Assembly: GCA_021650915.1 (NCBI GenBank)
Contig: CP091279.1
Location: 1,920,001 to 1,952,000 of the forward strand
Direction: 5' to 3'
Length of the DNA: 32,000 nt
DNA from: Candidatus Brocadia sp.
Lineage (GTDB): Bacteria > Planctomycetota > Brocadiia > Brocadiales > Brocadiaceae
This document shows, piece after piece, positions 1 to 7,612 of this stretch. The translations under genes were made by a program, and so were the position numbers. A model generated the notes under the pieces. It did not search any database and was not told the origin of the DNA. It saw only the letters and a program-made list of their open reading frames with translations. Every line of letters begins with the position of its first letter. Within the stretch, counting starts at the first letter, position 1.

Positions 1-16
1 TGCTATCAAGTACGTT

Positions 17-186
17 TGAATTGTTGTAACACTTTAGTTTTTTGAAAAAGTAGGGGTGAAGCATTTGCCAGCTTGGGGTATGAATACATTTATACCAATT
101 TCTGGCAAATGCTTCGCCCTTACACCGTGCGGCAACATCGTTATTATGGTAATTTTTCAAAAAACTAAAGTGTTACAGAATTGTTA
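17..186. repeat. ~170-bp nested inverted-repeat (foldback, MITE-like) element upstream of folE
   Basis: Outer arms 25-49 (tgtaacactttagttttttgaaaaa) and 153-177 are perfect reverse complements (25/25). Inner arms 50-71 and 102-123 pair 20/22. An apical stem forms at 77-81/92-96 (ggtat/atacc). There is an asymmetric 29-nt bulge at 124-152. The terminal motif tttgaattgt(tg)taacac (15-32) recurs at 4518-4532, and gtaacacttta (26-36) recurs at 6462-6472. Confidence 0.75.
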
Positions 187-215
187 ACACAGGTACGGCG
201 ATAAGGAGTTTTTGT

Positions 216-779
216 TTGATAGATAAAAAAAAGATACGAGAGTCCATTCGCTTGTTTATTGAAGGCATCGGAGATGATCCGAATCGTGAGGGTCTTATAG
301 AAACGCCGGAAAGAGTAGCCGATATGTGTGAAGAAATTTTTGCGGGGATCGGACAGGATTCACATACGGAAATCAAGGTGTTGAAGTCAGAAAAGTACGA
401 TGAAATCGTGCTGATCAAAGATATTCCCTTTTATTCAATATGTGAGCACCATCTCCTCCCGTTCAGCGGGGTAGCGCATGTTGCGTATATTCCCCAGGGA
501 GACCGGGTAACGGGAATCAGCAAACTGGCGCGGGTTGTGGAAATAGAGGCAAAACGCCTGCAAGTCCAGGAGCGGCTTACCACCGATATTGCGGAGTCTA
601 TCATGAAGGCATTACGTCCCAAAGGGGTACTCGCCATCATTGAGGCCGAGCATCTCTGCATGACGATGCGGGGCATTAAAAAACCGGGAACCCGGGTGAA
701 AACCTCCGTTGTGCGCGGTATCTTTCGTGAAAACTCAGCTACCCGTGCGGAGGCCCTGGCGTTAATCAAAGGGCAGTAA
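216..779 (+). CDS. folE: GTP cyclohydrolase I (FolE)
   Basis: 187-aa ORF with typical FolE sequence (DPNREGLIETPERVA..., FYSICEHHLLPF..., ITGISKLARVVE..., IEAEHLCMTMRG). TTG start at 216, 7 nt after AAGGAG (203-208). Confidence 0.9.
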   Translation: MIDKKKIRESIRLFIEGIGDDPNREGLIETPERVADMCEEIFAGIGQDSHTEIKVLKSEKYDEIVLIKDIPFYSICEHHLLPFSGVAHVAYIPQGDRVTGISKLARVVEIEAKRLQVQERLTTDIAESIMKALRPKGVLAIIEAEHLCMTMRGIKKPGTRVKTSVVRGIFRENSATRAEALALIKGQ

Positions 780-944
780 CCACGATATAAGCTGATGAAT
801 CATCAGTCATATTCTTCCCGACAATAAGGAATACCTTCCACCGCACAATTGGTGCGGGTGTAATCTAACAGTGACGCATCCAGTCAGGTGCCGGCCTCGT
901 ATGGTATTTTGATGTAACGGAAAACGTTTGCAAGAATATTTATA

Positions 945-2540
945 ATGTCTGAAAAAAAATTTATCCTATTCCTTGTTATTACGAGTATTGTTCTCTGGTG
1001 CGGTGCAATCTCCTTTGGCGACGAAGATCCATCCAGGACACAGACACCATCCCCAATGCCACAGACGGGCATTGAGCTCGACTCTCAATTGAGATTCGTG
1101 AGTCTGAGCTTGCAGGAGAGTGTCGCCTATGCCTTGCGCAATAACTTTGATCTTGAGATATCAAGGCTGAATTTAAAGATTCAGGATTATGATATTACAA
1201 AAGAAAAATCCAGGTTCGACCCTGTTCTGAAATTAGAAGGTAATATCCAGGATAGCGAAACACCCAGCAGCAATCTGTTGCAAGTTGGGAGTTCCACGGC
1301 GACGGTTATTAGCCCGTTTGTTATGAACGGGCGCACTGCCGACGCCGTGCTGCAGTCACTTATCCCCACCGGCGCAACCGTGTCTTTGGGATACAATGTA
1401 TTCAGGGAATTTGTAGATCCCAGCCCCTTTCAATTACTCAATCCGTCGTATACCAATTTTATTGAGGCAAGCATTACGCAGCCCTTGCTGAAGGGCGCCG
1501 GATGGTTTTATAACAGGAGCCCCATCTACATAGCCAGAAACAATAAAAAGATCTCTCTGTCTCAATTTAAAAGCAGGATGCTGGAGGTGTCCAATGCCGT
1601 TCAGGAAGCATACTGGAATTATGTGCGGGCAATGGAGAATTTAAAGGTAGCGAAAAAATCCCTGGAGCGCGCAGAGGATTTATTGAGGAAGAACAGAGTG
1701 CAGGTAGAGGTGGGTACCCTTGCGCCGGTCGAAATTATCGATGCCGAATCCGGCGTAGCATCGCGGGTGGAGGCGGTTATTTTGGCGGAAAATACGATCA
1801 GGGACAGAGAGGACGAGTTAAAAAAGATCCTGAATTTTGCCGGCGACGAAATCATCTCTGACGCAACCGTCATTCCCACGGACAAGCCCTCTTTCGAACC
1901 CGAAAAAGTTGAAATGAAGGATACGATCAGGGTCGCCATGGAAAAGCGCCCCGAATTAACGGAACTCCAGCTGGCTACGGAAAATGCTGGCATGCAAACC
2001 AAGAGAAGGAAAAATGAATTGTACCCGCAATTGGATTTTACCGGCGGAATTCGTTACACGGGTCTCGGGGGCGATGCCTCAGACTCCAATGACGCCGTTT
2101 TTTCAGAGAGGTATCAGGGGGAATTTCTTGGCCTTGTCCTATCAATCCCTATCGGGAACCGGTCGGCAAGAAGCGAATACAATAAATCGAAGCTCAATGA
2201 ACGCCAGACGATGATAAACTTCAAAAAGAAGGAGCTGGATATCGTTGTTGAAGTACGGGCGTCTGCACGGCAGGTAATGACGAATGTTGAACGGGTGAAT
2301 GCCACGAGAAAGGCCAGAGAATTGGCCGCAAAACGATTAGAAAATGAGGAAACCAAATATCGTGTGGGCAGAACCACAAGCCTGGAAGTCCTGCGCGCAC
2401 AGGAGAACCTTGCCATTGCGGAGTTTGAAGAGACGAGGGCGGTTATTGATTATAAAATATCGCAGGGAAATCTGGAGAAGGCAAAAGGCACCATCCTTGA
2501 CGCTTACGATATCAGGCTGGAAGAAGAGGCAAAAACATGA
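945..2540 (+). CDS. TolC/OEP-family outer membrane efflux protein
   Basis: 531-aa ORF. It has an N-terminal signal-like hydrophobic segment (FILFLVITSIVLWCGAISFG). Two internally repeated halves carry OEP-type helices (LSLQESVAYALRNNFDLEISRLN; TSLEVLRAQENLAIAEFEE). No adjacent pump or adaptor genes are present. Confidence 0.8.
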   Translation: MSEKKFILFLVITSIVLWCGAISFGDEDPSRTQTPSPMPQTGIELDSQLRFVSLSLQESVAYALRNNFDLEISRLNLKIQDYDITKEKSRFDPVLKLEGNIQDSETPSSNLLQVGSSTATVISPFVMNGRTADAVLQSLIPTGATVSLGYNVFREFVDPSPFQLLNPSYTNFIEASITQPLLKGAGWFYNRSPIYIARNNKKISLSQFKSRMLEVSNAVQEAYWNYVRAMENLKVAKKSLERAEDLLRKNRVQVEVGTLAPVEIIDAESGVASRVEAVILAENTIRDREDELKKILNFAGDEIISDATVIPTDKPSFEPEKVEMKDTIRVAMEKRPELTELQLATENAGMQTKRRKNELYPQLDFTGGIRYTGLGGDASDSNDAVFSERYQGEFLGLVLSIPIGNRSARSEYNKSKLNERQTMINFKKKELDIVVEVRASARQVMTNVERVNATRKARELAAKRLENEETKYRVGRTTSLEVLRAQENLAIAEFEETRAVIDYKISQGNLEKAKGTILDAYDIRLEEEAKT

Positions 2541-2560
2541 CGTTTCAGCATTTCAAAGTA

Positions 2561-2582
2561 GGGACACGGTGCGCCGTGTCCC
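2561..2582. terminator. GC-rich hairpin between convergent genes (possible bidirectional terminator)
   Basis: gggacacgg-tgcg-ccgtgtccc forms a 9-bp perfect stem. It lies between the TolC-like stop (2540) and the thioesterase stop (2600). U-tracts are weak on both strands. Confidence 0.4.
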
Positions 2583-2599
2583 TTCCCTACAGGCTCTGA

Positions 2600-3580
2600 T
2601 TATAACGAGAACCCCGCCAGTCCTTGCGTCTCCAGTTCCTTCAATCGCAGCATGCGGCGCTGTTTTCTCCGCTCAGCCTCAGCCCATCGTCGTTTTCCCA
2701 CATCCGTAACCGGCACAAACGACGTCAGGGGGCATGGACTACCAGTCGTATCCACCTTGACACAGGTGGAATAGGCTGTGCAGGTGTGGTGCACGGTATT
2801 GCTGATCGGGTTTTCTGCCAGCACCTTCACCCCAATTTCCATGGAAGACCTGCCCACATAATTGAGCGAAGTTGCCAGGGTGAGCACATTGCCTACGTAA
2901 ATGGGATGATAAAAATCCAGGGCGTCCAGCGAGGCCGTCACAATAGTTCCTTTTGCGAACTTCATTGCCATGATGGCCATAATTTCATCAAGGATGAGGA
3001 GGAGTTTGCCCCCGTACATGAGGGTGCCGTAAAGAGCGTCTTCCGGGAAGACCAGACGATGAACGCGCAGGCTTAACTGTCCCGCGTCCTCTAAATTCGT
3101 GTCGTGCACCCGTTGTTTTCGCTGCGCTATTCGCGCCATCCTTCCTTCCCGTATCTCCCGGGCATACTGGTACAGTTTCATTTCCTTATCATCGGACGGT
3201 TCGATCTGTTGTCCTATCGGCACGGGCTTCCCCTGTGCATCGACGGAAACGAAGGACATCCTTGCGCGGGTGCAGAGTTTGTCCTCGTCACTGAATGCCC
3301 TGCAAAAGACCACAGCCTCAACCTCCAGGGAAGTATTTCCGATATGTTCAACCACGGCCCTGACGGTAACTACATCGCCGATGCGAACGGGCTGAAGAAA
3401 GAATAGATCTTCGATAGATGCCAGGAGCAATGGCCTTTTGGTTAATCGTAAGGCAGCCAGATTCCCTGCAGTAACAATCCAGTTCATCATCCATCCTCCG
3501 TACAAAGTGCCTGCGGGGTTGGCCTGCTGGGGGAAGATGTGGTGCAACATTTCTATAAGCGTGGAAGCAATGCTTATCAT
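2600..3580 (-). CDS. Acyl-CoA thioesterase, tandem hotdog (4HBT) domains
   Basis: 326-aa ORF with two repeats of the hotdog thioesterase pattern. Repeat 1 is FPQQANPAGTLYGGWMMNWI...VRIGDVVTVRAVVEHIGNTSLEV. Repeat 2 is VFPEDALYGTLMYGGKLLLILDEI...IYVGNVLTLATSLNYVGRSSMEI. Confidence 0.75.
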   Translation of the reverse strand: MISIASTLIEMLHHIFPQQANPAGTLYGGWMMNWIVTAGNLAALRLTKRPLLLASIEDLFFLQPVRIGDVVTVRAVVEHIGNTSLEVEAVVFCRAFSDEDKLCTRARMSFVSVDAQGKPVPIGQQIEPSDDKEMKLYQYAREIREGRMARIAQRKQRVHDTNLEDAGQLSLRVHRLVFPEDALYGTLMYGGKLLLILDEIMAIMAMKFAKGTIVTASLDALDFYHPIYVGNVLTLATSLNYVGRSSMEIGVKVLAENPISNTVHHTCTAYSTCVKVDTTGSPCPLTSFVPVTDVGKRRWAEAERRKQRRMLRLKELETQGLAGFSL

Positions 3581-3651
3581 ACAAAAATTACCCTATGGGA
3601 AAAGGTAGGATTGTCCATTTAATCAGGCTGCCTTCGGCGACCTTCCCAATG

Positions 3652-3720
3652 ATAGGGGTAGGGAAGGCTTTCGCCTCTCCCCCCTCAGAACCATACAGGC
3701 GGGTCTCCCGCATACGGCTC
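3652..3720 (-). ncRNA. Group II intron catalytic domain V plus branch-site domain VI
   Basis: DV spans 3688-3720. DVI spans 3652-3685 (aggggggagaggcgaaagccttccctAcccctat) with an unpaired branch adenosine. Confidence 0.8.
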
Positions 3721-4369
3721 TCCAGTCAGTGGTTACCCCTTCGGGATTGACCGTTGAAAATATAAATTGCGGATACGTGAACAATTCATACCTCATAATG
3801 ATGACATCGATTCTCATCATTCACCTTATGCAAGCCGTCAACAGGTAGTCCGCTATAAGCCAGGTTCAAATCCGTTTCTACGGATTTCTCCAACTTGTTT
3901 AGGCATTTCTGCCACTCACCTTGGTTTGTCTTCCCAGCTTACCCACTTCATACCTCCACCTTTCTGCCTCCCTTCGCTCCACATCCATTACGATGCTTCT
4001 TCGCTCTTATGAAGGCTCTGACTCCTGACTTTGTCACTCCCTCTGTCAGGTATCCCTGATTCATGCACCTTGTCTTCCTGCCATTCCGTCTCCAACCACC
4101 CATTGCTCCCTATCATCGCTTTATCACGCTACCCCTCAGCTTGATAGACTTCCTTCTTTTTCCAAAAAGGTCTGGGCTTCACCACTCTCTAGCAGGCTCG
4201 CCGTTACAACAGGCCGAATCGAGTTCGTCATTCTACGGACTAGCTTTTCACCTCCCGTTGCTCCCCACCCCATCTCACGATGATGCAGTTACGGTCGGTT
4301 ACAGGGTTGGAAAGCGTTTTCCCTGAAGGGGACTTTCACCCCTCTGACATTGTGCACTCTCAGGCGCAC
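3652..4369 (-). mobile_element. ORF-less (maturase-deleted) group II intron
   Basis: The minus strand starts GTGCGCC at 4369. The domain I region contains ggtgaaagtcccc. A canonical domain V is at 3720-3688 (gagccgtatgcggg-aga-cccgcctgtatggttc, with AGC triad and 2-nt bulge). A domain VI helix has a bulged A 8 nt from the 3' end ...cccctAT at 3652. The domain IV equivalent is only ~230 nt and has no reverse-transcriptase ORF. The strand is strongly purine-rich, as expected for a ribozyme. Confidence 0.8.
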
Positions 4370-4566
4370 GAGAGCGACGAACCTCGTCGCCCCACAATCG
4401 CAACGTTGAAATTCCTTTGCCTTGCACTCGTATTGCAGGAGGAATGACACCAACCGCCTTGTTGTAGCGGTTTTCCCACTGGCAAAGGTCTTGCTCGAAG
4501 GAGTTCCCAAAAATTTTTTTGAATTGTAACACCACGACATGTTAAAATCAAAAAGAATTATGAGGT

Positions 4567-5277
4567 TTGAACGATATGTTTATTCATGCACTTTTGAAAA
4601 GTTTATTACTGGGCAGTTTAACGCTGTCAGGCGTCTTCATGGTGACCGAAGAAAAGAATCAACCGGCAACTCCTCCTCAAAGCAAGGAAATAGTAACGCT
4701 GGGGGGAGGCTGCTTCTGGTGTATTGAGGCCTTCTTTGACGAACTGGAAGGTGTGGAATGTGTGGAGTCCGGTTATTCAGGCGGTCGGGTTGATAATCCC
4801 ACCTATCAGCAGGTATGCACGGGAACTACCGGGTATGCGGAGGTAGTGCAAATCACGTTTGATCCCACGATCGTCTCTTTCAGGGAAATTTTAGAGGTAT
4901 TTTTCACGATGCATGACCCCACGACCCTGAACCGCCAGGGAGCGGATGTTGGCACGCAGTATCGGTCCGTTATTTTTTACCGAAACCAGGAACAAAAGTC
5001 GGTGGCTGAACAGGTTGTCCGTGAGGTTCAGACGGCGCATCTGTGGGATGCGCCGGTGGTGACGGAGATAGCGCCGTTTAAGGCCTTTTATAAGGGAGAA
5101 GACTATCATCAGGACTATTATAAACTCAATCCCAGCCAGGGGTACTGCCGGGTTGTGATTACCCCAAAGATAAAGAAATTCAGGGAACACTTCCGGAAAA
5201 AGCTCAAAAAAAGGAATCTTGAAATTCCCAACCCGAACGGGTCGGAAATGACACAATCCGAAACACGAGATGGGTGA
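4567..5277 (+). CDS. msrA: Peptide methionine (S)-S-oxide reductase MsrA, with N-terminal signal-like segment
   Basis: It carries the catalytic GGGCFWC motif and family blocks GYAEVVQITFDP, LEVFFTMHDPTTLNRQG and DYHQDYY. The hydrophobic N-terminus (LLKSLLLGSLTLSGVFM) suggests export. Confidence 0.9.
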   Translation: MNDMFIHALLKSLLLGSLTLSGVFMVTEEKNQPATPPQSKEIVTLGGGCFWCIEAFFDELEGVECVESGYSGGRVDNPTYQQVCTGTTGYAEVVQITFDPTIVSFREILEVFFTMHDPTTLNRQGADVGTQYRSVIFYRNQEQKSVAEQVVREVQTAHLWDAPVVTEIAPFKAFYKGEDYHQDYYKLNPSQGYCRVVITPKIKKFREHFRKKLKKRNLEIPNPNGSEMTQSETRDG

Positions 5278-5278
5278 G

Positions 5279-5322
5279 TTAACCCAGACAGGGCTGGAAT
5301 CCCTGCCTGGGTTAATTTTATT
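5279..5322 (+). terminator. Rho-independent terminator of msrA
   Basis: A 15-bp stem (5279-5293 / 5301-5315, one mismatch) with a 7-nt loop, followed by ttttatt. Confidence 0.8.
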
Positions 5323-5821
5323 CACGTTTTCGCTATACTAAAAATGTCAAAGGTATCTTTGGAAGATACAACACGCTGAATTACGGAAAAGGATAACTCA
5401 TGGAATCGGTAAATATTACAATCTCGGCAGGCGCATTCCTTGCAATCCTTGCCGTCCTTGTCTTATTCCGCGCGAAAAACAGCAAATATGAGGTCAGGCC
5501 CACGGATATTGTCGTTGCCGTTCTTCCCATCGTTCTGTTCCTGCTGGTTACGGGTAAGATTCAAAAGTTTGAGTTTGGGGAATTTAAAATCGAGAGCGCC
5601 TTTGTCAAGGCATCAACCTCGTCCATTGCTTCTCAGGTGACGCCGTTGCGGGGTTTACCGTCTGAGCCGGTGAGAATCGATCCAAAACTCGGGGTGGCCG
5701 AGATTCCCCATCTTATTGAAAGAAAAACGGAAGGTCTTTTGTTTCGTCTCGGGCATGGCGGCTATTGGGGGCCGGCGATTGAGGAATATCTGGTTTCTTT
5801 AGTCAAATATCCGTTTTTACG

Positions 5822-5880
5822 CTATAGTATTACCGTATGAAAGCCTTCTTTTTTTGCAAGTTTTTTCGTAACACTATTTA
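5822..5880. mobile_element. Solo terminal fragment related to the 3' end of the IS-like gene at 7569-7627
   Basis: Hand alignment of 5822-5880 to 7569-7627 gives ~78% identity. The shared stretch is ctatagtattacc..gta..aaa..cttc-T7/8-g(c/t)aag-T6/7..taa.ca.c..tattt. Similarity stops exactly at ctatag on the left in both copies. Confidence 0.6.
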
Positions 5881-5917
5881 CCCCTTATCAGAAGGTACTG
5901 TTTATTTATAAGAGAAG

Positions 5918-6006
5918 GATTGCTTCGCTTCACTCGCAATGACAACGTGCCGTATGTCATCAAAGACAGAGTCAGTGTCATTGCGAGGGTCTTGTCCGAA
6001 GCAATC
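5918..6006. repeat. Nested hairpin repeat (GATTGCTTCG...CTCGCAATGACA / TGTCATTGCGAG...CGAAGCAATC)
   Basis: Outer stem 5918-5927/5997-6006 is 10/10. Inner stem 5933-5944/5976-5987 is 12/12. The loop is ~31 nt. It lies inside the insertion that disrupts the CBS gene and artificially generates the N-terminus of ORF 5920-6168 (LRFTRNDN...VIARVLSEAIS). Confidence 0.75.
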
Positions 6007-6577
6007 TCCCGCCTTCACAACGGGGATTTGGTTGCGGCTGTGCTGCATTATGTCCTTATGGAAGACAAAGGCGGTGCTTTTTTTGATATGGCTAACGCAC
6101 GGGAGTTGACGGCGCTTCTGATGAGTACCACCGCCTTATACATCAAAAGAGCTTGCAGAATGGCTTAATGCCTCGGATAGATCATCCCTGAAAAAACTAC
6201 CGGGGTTCATGTCATCAGAAAGCGCCGTTGATGAAACGACAGATAAAAGCCAGGCGCTTCAGCTTATGGAATTCCTCAATGTTGACAATCTGCCTGCAAT
6301 CAGCAAGGACAAGCGGTTTGCCGGCATCGTCAACCGGTCGCGGCTTACTGCCAGTCTGATAATCGACGTGGCCAAACAACTCAAAAAAGATTAGGCGTTC
6401 CATGCCATGTCCGGCAATACACCACCGCTGTCCTTTCGCAATGGTGGACACAGGGAGGTGGGTAACACTTTACGAACAGGGGATGTTTTGCTGCAGGCGG
6501 AATGCGATGAGGAATTTTACGGGAAAAGAAGCGGCGAAAAATACCCTTTATCTGAGATTTCATGAAAGGCAGGAATT

Positions 6578-6967
6578 ATGAAACATCTTGATCCCATATC
6601 CCATGTTATGACCGCCAATATGAAGACCGTGCAGATAAGCCAAAAAATGAGCGAGGTTCTCCGGGTACTGGCGGAAAATCAGATTCATCATGTCCCGGTG
6701 GTCGATGGTCAAAGGCTTACCGGCATGATCAGTACGACCGACATCATCCGGTTGAACATTACCCTATCCAATGCAGACGAATGGTCTATTGAAAAGGTCA
6801 TGAAAAAGAACCTCGTTACCATAGAAATAAACGAAACCGTGCGCAAGGCGGCGCAACTTCTGAGCGACGGAATATTTCATTCCCTTCCGGTAATCGACAG
6901 GGACCGTCATCTCGTGGGAATTATTACGAGCACGGACCTGATCAGATATCTGGCAAAATTGTGTTAA
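6578..6967 (+). CDS. CBS-pair domain protein
   Basis: 129 aa with two CBS motifs (IHHVPVVDGQRLTGMISTTDII; FHSLPVIDRDRHLVGIITSTDLI). AGGAA lies upstream of the ATG. Confidence 0.8.
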   Translation: MKHLDPISHVMTANMKTVQISQKMSEVLRVLAENQIHHVPVVDGQRLTGMISTTDIIRLNITLSNADEWSIEKVMKKNLVTIEINETVRKAAQLLSDGIFHSLPVIDRDRHLVGIITSTDLIRYLAKLC

Positions 6968-7139
6968 TCCGCAATCCGTGCGTGAGCAGGGGAAGACCTG
7001 TTTCGCAGAACGACCCCTTCTGCACAGGTTTCAGAGAAATCATACCCCAAACCGATCCCGCCGATAAGATGAATCATCGTTGCTGTATCGGTAATCTTAA
7101 GTGTGACTCGTGGTTCGCCTGTCACAAGGCTTTGTTTAA

Positions 7140-7490
7140 ATGGCGTATAGACTGAAAGTTGATTATGATCGTTTGTGCCGCCGTTATCAAGCCACTCATG
7201 AAAGAGGGAGCACCGGACGACAAGGTCAGAAGTACGGGGCAGAAAAGGGCGGAGAAGGTTGGAAGGGAAAGTTGGATGGAAAAGGGGCGGAAGATACTAC
7301 CCAGAGAATCATAGAAGCCATGGCAAACAAGCCTGACATTACTCAAAAAGAACTGGCAGCGGTTATAGGGATAACCGAGGACGGCGTAAAATATCACATA
7401 ATCAGCCTGAGAAAAAAGGGGGTAATAAAACGCATTAATCCCGATAAAGGCAGATATTGGGAGATTGTTGGGCTTGGGGGCACACCTTGA
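7140..7490 (+). pseudogene. 3' fragment of a gene encoding a C-terminal winged-helix HTH (COG2865-like tail)
   Basis: Only the last ~60 aa look like a real domain (MANKPDITQKELAAVIGITEDGVKYHIISLRKKGVIKRINPDKGRYWEIV). They are preceded by a G/K/E-rich linker. No N-terminal catalytic part is present. The fragment abuts IS-related DNA. Confidence 0.5.
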
Positions 7491-7612
7491 TTTGTGATTA
7501 ATGGATATGATAGAAGAGGGAAAAACCGGAGACAGATGTTAGGAGACAGCTTGGTTAGGCATTGCCTACTATAGTATTACCCAGTAAAAACTTCTTTTTT
7601 TTGTAAGTTTTT

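Larger units (their letters stand above)
5400..6394 (+). pseudogene. Membrane-anchored CBS-pair protein, disrupted by ~0.2-kb insertion and a frameshift
   Basis: Three consecutive ORF pieces lie in three frames. Piece 1 (5400-5840) has 2 TM helices and ends ...KYPFLRY. Piece 2 (~6040-6168) reads VLMEDKGGAFFDMANARELTALL. Piece 3 (6125-6394) reads SKELAEWL...ALQLMEFLNVDNLPAISKDKRFAGIVNRSRLTASLI and is CBS-like. The insertion starts at 5822. The second frame change lies near 6120-6130. Confidence 0.6.

Noticed and set aside
1-215. Possible THF/preQ1-type riboswitch in front of folE
   Set aside because: The structure is a near-perfect long inverted repeat whose termini recur elsewhere in the window, which is typical of a dispersed foldback repeat. 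I see none of the conserved loops of the THF, THF-II or preQ1 classes. The two mismatches are G:U-compatible on the + strand, but with only two transitions that has a 50% chance expectation and says nothing about strand.
3863-3873. tRNA-like GGTTCAAATCC T-loop motif
   Set aside because: No complementary T-stem or acceptor stem surrounds it. It lies in the intron domain IV remnant.
3623-4551. Six tracked ORFs of 63-87 aa within 3623-4551 (for example 3623-3820, 3767-4012, 4063-4326, 4289-4540)
   Set aside because: All lie inside or directly beside the group II ribozyme and its structured flank. Their composition is Pro/Ser/Leu- or Arg/Gly-rich as expected from translating a purine/pyrimidine-skewed RNA gene. 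There are no RBSs.
5920-6168. 82-aa ORF as an independent gene
   Set aside because: Its first ~35 codons are the translation of the hairpin repeat arms. Only the distal part is real coding sequence, and that belongs to the disrupted CBS gene.
6985-7290. Minus-strand protein-like frame (…EWLDNGGTNDHNQLSVYTPFKQSLVTGEPRVTLKITDTATMIHLIGGIGLGYDFSETCAEGVVLRNRS…)
   Set aside because: It looks protein-like and may be a gene fragment. However, it has no start codon, is bounded upstream by stops, overlaps the + strand HTH fragment, and matches no family I can name. The support is too weak to annotate.
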